From the NCBI RefSeq assembly GCF_009914755.1, contig NC_060928.1: a stretch of DNA of 64,000 nucleotides; one strand, given 5' to 3'. Of this stretch, positions 57,035-64,000 are shown in pieces. The position numbers and the translations under genes were made by a program. The notes under the pieces are model-generated. The model saw only the letters and a list, made by a program, of their open reading frames with translations, was not told where the DNA came from and did not search any database. Each line of letters starts with the position of its first letter. Position 1 is the stretch's first letter. This stretch comes from the human T2T-CHM13v2.0 reference genome, Homo sapiens.

Positions 57035-57916
57035 TGTGGAGATGATAACCAAAGTAAAACCTCCATGAGGCAAAGTTAAACAGGTAAGGCAAACTTTATT
57101 CAAAACTATAGAGAGGGCAGAACTGTTCAAACTTTATTCAAAGCTATAGACAGGGCAGAACTCAGTCTGAGCTCCATTCTGCTGAAACAAAGGGCTAGAG
57201 AGTTCTTCAGAGCTGGCGTGGGGGTAATGATAGACCATGCTGGCTAATTGTCTTTACTCAAAGGAAAAGGTAAACTTTCTCCTATCTTCATAACAGAAGG
57301 TAGTTTTGCAGCTTGGAGCAAGGTGGCTGCTTAAGTTAGGCTCTGATTTTACCCCCGCTCCACACAAAAATGAGACATAGAGACACCATCTTCCTTTCTT
57401 ACATTTCATAGGGATGGCTCTCAGGTCCTTAAGAAAGGCATTGTTTGCATGTTCTCACTCATAGGTGGGAATTGAACAATGAGAACACTTGGACATAGGA
57501 AGGGGAACATCAACACCGGGGCCTGTCGTGGGGTGGGAGGAGGGGGGAGGGATAGCATTAGGAGATATACCTAATGTAAATGACGAGTTAATGGGTGCAG
57601 CACACTAACATGGCACATGTATACATATGTAACAAACCTGCACGTTGTGCACATGTACCCTAGAACTTAAAGTATAATAATTAAAAAAAAAAAACAGAAA
57701 GGCGTTGTTTGGTTTTAAAGTTAACAGGAGGCTTTCTAAAAGATTTACATCTCTAATGGGCAAATAAAGAATTTACAATGACAAGTTTTCTAAAGTAAAT
57801 AATCTATTAAAAAATGGCAAGGGGTTGGGGTGGGTGGCATTCAGGGACCTAAAGTCAGGAAGAAGCCTGTCTGAAGTTTAGTTAAGCTGAGGGCAAGGTT
57901 AAGGCCCTCTTGGTCA
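57035..57916 (-). mobile_element. MER67-like ERV1 solo LTR, interrupted by an L1
   Basis: Minus strand starts tgaccaagagggccttaaccttgccctcagctt, matching the recalled MER67 5' end. Poly(A) signal appears as tttatt on plus. Flanks gtgg/gtgc. Confidence 0.8.
57448..57695 (+). mobile_element. ~250-bp L1PA (PA5-like) 3' end inserted in the LTR
   Basis: TSD AGAAAGGC[A/G]TTGTTTG at 57432-57447 and 57696-57711. Confidence 0.96.
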
Positions 57917-58754
57917 GTGCACTGTAAAAGTTGGCTGGATAAACAAATAAATAAATGAAGTTTATTCTTTAGGGTCATAATTTTAAGTGTGTTAGTTAAT
58001 TGTAAGGTAATTAAAACAAATTTAAAATAATGTTTCAAAAACTTATTTTATGTCTCTCACCTATTTGATATTGTATTTTGTAGAAAATGCCACCCCCAAA
58101 AAATTATATACAGAATATGTATAAACTTTAAACAAAATTAAAATGACTCCTTACAACTTTTCAACTAGAAACTTTATTTATAAACTATTTACTATGGTAC
58201 AGCACACAATGATATGTTAAAAGCCTTTAAAAAATTAAAATTAAGCTTTCAGAAGCTATTGTATTTTCAACATTTTGGTTTATTCTGAAGTCAAAAACAT
58301 GTACCAGACACTGAAACATTATGCATAAACTTTCTCTGCAGTAGCTGTGGCTATAAAATAGAAATAATAATGCTTTCTTTTCTTACCTTGATGGGTTGTT
58401 TATGAGGAGCAAATGGGAATGTGAAAACACTTTAGTATTGTAAAAATAAATGCTAGGAAATATTAAAATGATTAATGAACATAGTTGGTTATGAAAGTTT
58501 TTTCATTTTCTTAACAATAATATCTAAGAATGTAATAAGAAATAGAGATCCAGGCTATCTCCTAGAACATGGAAAATAATATTTGGTAATCATTACTAAA
58601 AATAATTGGTAGGTCAGAGTTAAATAATATGTTTAAATATTATTTTTTTACATTAATAAAGTTAAAATATTTTTAAATATGTTGATTATTGGCCTCTGAA
58701 AACATGATAATATATAGAAGAATAACCATCAGAGAGATAAAACCAAATGCTTGT

Positions 58755-58980
58755 TAAGATCACAGGCTTTATTTAGACTCAGGTAATTTGTGTTCAAATC
58801 CCAGATCTACTATATACCAGGTTTATAAACTTGACCAAATTACATGAACTCTCTGAGCCTCTCTGGTTTCTCATCTGTGAAATAGGAAAGATATCTACCT
58901 CCCAGGGCTGCTGTAAGACTCAAATGGGATGAAGTAGGAAAAACATTCAGCACAGTGATTGACTCGTAGAAAATTCTCAA
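58755..58980 (+). mobile_element. MIR
   Basis: gttcaaatcccag B-box remnant and ctctctgagcctc...tttctcatctgtgaaatagg core. Confidence 0.85.
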
Positions 58981-58990
58981 AAGCTTCAGA

Positions 58991-59022
58991 ACACACACAC
59001 ACACACACACCCACACACACAC
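58991..59022. repeat. Interrupted (AC)n
   Basis: (AC)10, then cc, then (AC)5. Confidence 0.95.
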
Positions 59023-59052
59023 AGTTAGACATAACCATATATATAGTTATAA

Positions 59053-59481
59053 TGCACATCAATGATAAACTGGATAAAGAAAATGTGGCACATATACACC
59101 ATGGAATACTATGCAGCCAAAAGAAAAAAAAAGGATGAGTTCATGTCCTTTGTGGGGACATGGATGAAGCTGGAAACCATCATTCTCAGCAAACTAACAC
59201 AGGAACAGAAAACCAAACACTGCATGTTCTCACTCATAAGTGGGAGTTGAACAATGAGAACACATGGAGACAGGGAGGGGAACATCATACTCCGGGGCCT
59301 TTTTGGGGGTGAGGGTGTAGGGGAGGGATAGCATTAGGAGAAATATCTAATGTAGCTGACGAGCTGATGGGTGCAGCAAACCACCATGGCACGTGTATAC
59401 CTATGTAACAAACCTGCAGGTTCTGCACGTGTATCCCAGAACTTAGGGTATAATAAAAAAACTATCAATTAAATATATATA
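59053..59481 (+). mobile_element. 5'-truncated L1PA (PA7-like) 3' end
   Basis: [19 protein letters not shown] plus 3' UTR. TSD atatatagttataa at 59039-59052 and 59482-59495. Confidence 0.95.
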
Positions 59482-59879
59482 ATATATAGTTATAACATAT
59501 ATGATATTATATAGTTATAATATATAATATGTAGTTATATATTATATATATAGAATCCTAACCTGTGCAGATTAACTTTTGGTTCCATTCATTGGAACTT
59601 CCTGTGCTCTTGAAACAATTCCTTTTTTTCATTCAAGTGCCAATATTTCCTCTATAGTCTTTATTACACAATTATTTGGCATATAAATCTTCCTGTTTCA
59701 CTGTTAGTGCAGAAATTTTAGAAAGCCCTATATAATATACCATTAACTTTAAACTGCTTAAAATAAAGACACTTTATCAAACCACACTTGGAGCATGCAT
59801 CAGAGGTACTGTAGTACAGAAGCGAAGACGCTGGATTGAGGTTTTTGAGCCTTCAGTTTGCCATTTATAATCTGTCTTT

Positions 59880-60015
59880 AGAAAAGCTACCTGTCTTCCA
59901 GAATCCCAGTTTACTGATCTGTGACCATTTAGATAATGAAAACCACCTGAAAGGATTATTGTAAAGATCAAAGGAGATAATGCATTCTAAAACACTTTAT
60001 AAAAGTAAAGTACTT
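59880..60015 (+). mobile_element. MIR fragment
   Basis: aggattattgtaaagatcaaaggagataatgcat...aaaacactttataaa. Confidence 0.65.
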
Positions 60016-60859
60016 GTTTAAGCCATCCTGCAGAAAAAGGATGAACTGCCATCCAAAATTTGGTTTGGTTGTCAAGACTGATGATCACACACACACACAC
60101 ACACACGGTATAAATATGATACATAATGAGGCTATCAGGGGGAGAACAAAGCAGGCCTACCAAGTGGGTCAGAAGTGGCTTAAGAGAGCAAGGAAAAAAT
60201 ACTGGCTTGGGGTTTCTGTGATGGGTAGGGGATGGTACTGGGGTGAGGGTCCCATGCAGGCACTGGTATACATGCTTTGAACTTCCTTCCCTCTCCCTTG
60301 AGGACAGCACTGGCTTCCCACTATAGAGGCTGAATATGTGACCCCGCCAATGGGAGCTGAGAGAAAGTGAGCAGGAGGGACACTAGGAATGATTTTACTC
60401 TCTAATAAAAGGAGACACATGGGAGCTAAATGATCCATTCTTAACATCAGGATATTTTTGTAATTCAAATTCATAATTGAGTAAACTAATACATTTTAGA
60501 GTTGCTCAGGAACATTTCTGCAAGAATCCAAAATACCCATGTGTTCCAAAAAGACACTGTGCCACTTTACATAGAGAAAAATAAGTGAAAGTAAGTATTA
60601 TATTTCTCTGTGACAACTCATTTTAATATCATTGTCTACTTCTTGATAATCAAAAGTTCTAATTGTTAGCAATAAAGTACCTTGGTAATTAAAATAAAAT
60701 GAATACCATGCCACCTGATAAATACAATTTGTAGAGTAGACACAAAATTTCAAATGGTAGAATCTGGGTGTGAAGGATTTTTTGGCAATGATCAGTTTGG
60801 ACATACTGATTTAAAGTGTGACTTTTTTCTTGGAGACTAAGCATTTTAAAAATGGGATC

Positions 60860-60955
60860 GCAGTAGGCAAAATGAAATGACTCCCCAAAGATGTTATGCC
60901 AAAGGCCCAGAATCTGTGAATATGTTATATTACATCACAAAAGGGACTTTGCAGT
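60860..60955 (+). mobile_element. MLT1D/E-like LTR 5' fragment
   Basis: ccccaaagatgt...cagaatctgtgaatatgttatattacatcacaaaagggactttgcag. Confidence 0.75.
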
Positions 60956-61547
60956 CAGTTAGAAGAAGAGAGGTTTAGGTGGGAAGTCTTGCATTCTTCA
61001 GATGTTATCACGTATTTGTGTGCCTCATCCCATACTCATAATCTTAACCCTGAAGCCAGGGAGAAATATAATTATATATAACTGGCTTAATGGTTACTCA
61101 ACCCCCCCAGCCAGCCTTATTGAGATGGTATCATGGAAATATAACTTTTGAATATTTGACAGTTTTCCAACCAAATGTTGTCACCTACAATCTCCAGAAC
61201 TTATTGCAGTTGTTATAGCTGATTAATGATGGAGCATTATAATCACCTATCTTTTCCATCGTCTCTCAAATTCGCTATGTAAATTCAACAGCATGCATTC
61301 TCATGCACTTATTTTAATGTACTGAAGAAAAATGTATTATTTCCCTTATCTGTTAAAGCCCAGGAAAATAAAGAACCGTAGATCTTTCTTCACTGTCAAA
61401 GTTCTAACATCACTTTTTAAAATTTATTTTCTAGTATTAATTATTGGAAAGATATAAGCAGTGAATAAAAAGTTTATTGTAAGTTTTTTTTTGAATTTAA
61501 AAGTATCTCTTCTATTTTGGAAATCTTTTCATATTTTTCTTGTTTTG

Positions 61548-61607
61548 GTTTATTTATTTATTTATTTATTTTGAGACAGTCTCATCCTGTCTTCCACACT
61601 GGAGTGC
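61548..61607 (-). mobile_element. Severely 5'-truncated Alu (3' end and (TTTA)n tail)
   Basis: tttattttgagacagtctcatcctgtc...ctggagtgc. Confidence 0.85.
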
Positions 61608-63289
61608 GTGGAGAATTCTCTTTTTTACCCCACACTCCTGGTGACTCTTATTCCACCTTCCCTGTTTCTCCTGTTGTTTTTTTCCTTTGAGACATTTGAG
61701 GGAGAAATGTTAAAAGCTGAAGCGCTGTTTTTCTGGTTGGTGGATGCAACTTCTAATGGGTGTCCTTTGAAAATACGTAATGCTAGCAAAAGTGGTAGTG
61801 CATTATCATATGTCCAAGGTTATAGCTCTGATTTCTCCATCCCATCACCTGACTAAGGGCCCCTCAATCCAGAGACTATAAGGAAACAGAAGTTAAGAAA
61901 TTCATTTTTTTCCATTTATTTTTCTTATTTCTCCTTTCTCAAATTACATGCCAAATTTTCTTGAATAAATGTTTAAAAATTGTATGTTTCTTTTCAAGTA
62001 AATAGAGTAATTCAAGAAATGAGGTTGCCTTAGCTTTTTCCTGAGGAATGGTCTCTGTCTCAGAGTCCATTTCTAGGTATATACAGATCATTTCATAGTT
62101 ATATAGCAGCCATAAATAGCTGAAACGTTATCAGATTAAACTTGTTTCATAGATACAACTCTTGCTGGTAAATTATAATTCTGAAACTATGTCTATAGAT
62201 TAGTGTCTGTCTTAGAATACCATGAAACCTGACATCTTATTTCATCATTTTGGGTTACTGATTCTTGTCTTATAGTCTTTGTCATTAACAATGAGATGAA
62301 GAAATCAATAACTGATTTTCCCTACAGAAGCCATTAATCTTATGAAATTAATTCCCCCTGATGTATTCTGAGAGAATTTGTACCGAAATTACAAGATTGG
62401 GAAGTCTATATTATGTCAAAATTTATTCATGATGGAAAACTTTCTGATATTTGATTATTAAATGATTACTCTGCACTCTTTTTAAACTTTGAACTTTTTA
62501 CTGTTAATTGCTATGTCTCCTACGCATGAAGCAAACTGTCAGCATTATATTGTCTGTAAACATAAAGATGCTACATACTCTTATAAGCTATATTTTCTAG
62601 TTCTTACCTTCTAGGAAGTTTTTAACATTTGGTTCCATTGTATACCATAAGAAAAAAACATTTTTGTATAGTGTACAGCAATAAGAGTGGTGAAAAATGT
62701 CTCCAGGTATCTCATTTAATAATATTATATATAACTTATGTAAATTATACAGTTGGCATGAGATTAGCATTTTGTTGCACAACGTTTGGTTTAAGGGACT
62801 AGGGAAAATTTGGGTGAACAGATATTTTTTGCAATGTTGAAGAACATTATTATATACCCAGAAATGAAATTTGACTAACAGAAAAAAATATGTAATTTGG
62901 ATAGAAGTATTCTTACAATTTTAATCCAATAAATCAATATAGTTATGTTCCACTGTAGTACTTATTCACTTCTCTCTTATGGCAGAACTAGTTATTTTGC
63001 ATTTCTATCTTGTCTATTAGAATATTAGTAACTGAAGTGTATGTCATATATATTTAAGAGCAAAGAACAGATCTTCCACATATGAATGTGGAGTTAAATT
63101 GAATATTGTAGAAGAGGAGATGGAAAAATTGATAGAAGTTGGAAAAAATAGACCAAAGTCAACTTGTGGTGCTCATCATTGATGCTTGAAGCTCAAATGA
63201 ACATTTAAAAAATTGGAAGTTGTCATGCATAGTACCAAGCACCTCACTTATTAGTAAGTCTCCTCTCTAGCAACTTCAACTTTACAGAC

Positions 63290-63760
63290 TCCAGATGTAC
63301 TTGACATACCCTTTTGTGTCAAGTATCTTTTTGGGGAAATTACCCCTCCCTCATTCTTGGTCAATCAGGTTAATATGGGGTTGATCCCACTTTCTAGGTC
63401 TAGGAATGACAAAATCTTGTGCAAGGCCTATGCAATCACAGTACTTTCATGATACACTAATGACTTAGTAAAGTTGACTGAAATCCTACTCAAGGATTGT
63501 ATAGCACTATCAAAAAATAATATCCCTTTTGTTCCTGGGATTGTTCCCTATGTGAAAACTTATACCTTGAGCTACTGGTGATCATCATTGTCATCTCATA
63601 GGGAAATTTAGCCCAGAAAAATGCCAACACAGAGGAAAGCAGAGCAGATTGATGGAAAAAATTATGACTTGTCTGGAGATCATTCATTGAATCTACAACC
63701 CATGCAGCCAGTTTCACCCCTGGGACTTTAGGTTTATTGCATATGCAAATAGATGAAAGC
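63290..63760 (+). mobile_element. MLT1K/L-like old MaLR LTR
   Basis: aatgccaacacagaggaaagcagagc and acccctgggacttt motifs. Boundaries approximate. Confidence 0.55.
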
Positions 63761-64000
63761 TGACCAATATTATAAAGGGAAATGAGCTCTGCCTTTTAAG
63801 TAACATTCCTAAAATATGAAATGTACTGAATAGAGATAGATTGACTGTCAATGAGAATTTTCCTCCCAAGGCTGCAATGTTGGCATTTTTATGTACTGTC
63901 TATTTTAGATAAAAAGTCTAACCATGTGTTTTTCAAGGCTGACGTTTGAGATCCCTAGAATTTCCGGACTATGTAAATCTTCATGGGAAAGTTACTGTGT

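Noticed and set aside
63298-63325. Hairpin TACTTGACA...TGTCAAGTA followed by a T run, resembling an intrinsic terminator
   Set aside because: Eukaryotic DNA inside an old LTR, and the stem length is within chance expectation.

Overview
AT-rich, repeat-dense primate genomic DNA, hominoid-like judging by the L1PA3, AluS/J and THE1A content. It looks intergenic or deep intronic, and I recognise no host protein-coding exon. Every long ORF in the track is either L1 ORF1/ORF2 debris or a microsatellite artefact. The dominant structure is two nearly full-length L1PA3-like elements (5978-12121 and 29292-35455). Each has its own target-site duplication (TSD) and a twin-priming-type 5' inversion that reaches the element's 5' end. 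As a result, their sense promoters face each other across a ~17 kb spacer, each promoter is collinear with the other element's ORF2, and a 300-bp direct repeat could recombine them into one un-inverted L1. Other items are a complete THE1A provirus followed by a textbook splice acceptor, a decayed hAT-Tip100-type transposase (~50.8-53.2 kb), a 730-bp almost pure A/T tract grown from an Alu tail, and several fold-back micro-inversions including a perfect 16-bp stem at 45523-45580. I cannot demonstrate a new biological system from sequence alone; the functional statements are hypotheses. Repeat subfamily calls come from recalled consensus features, not from a RepeatMasker run.
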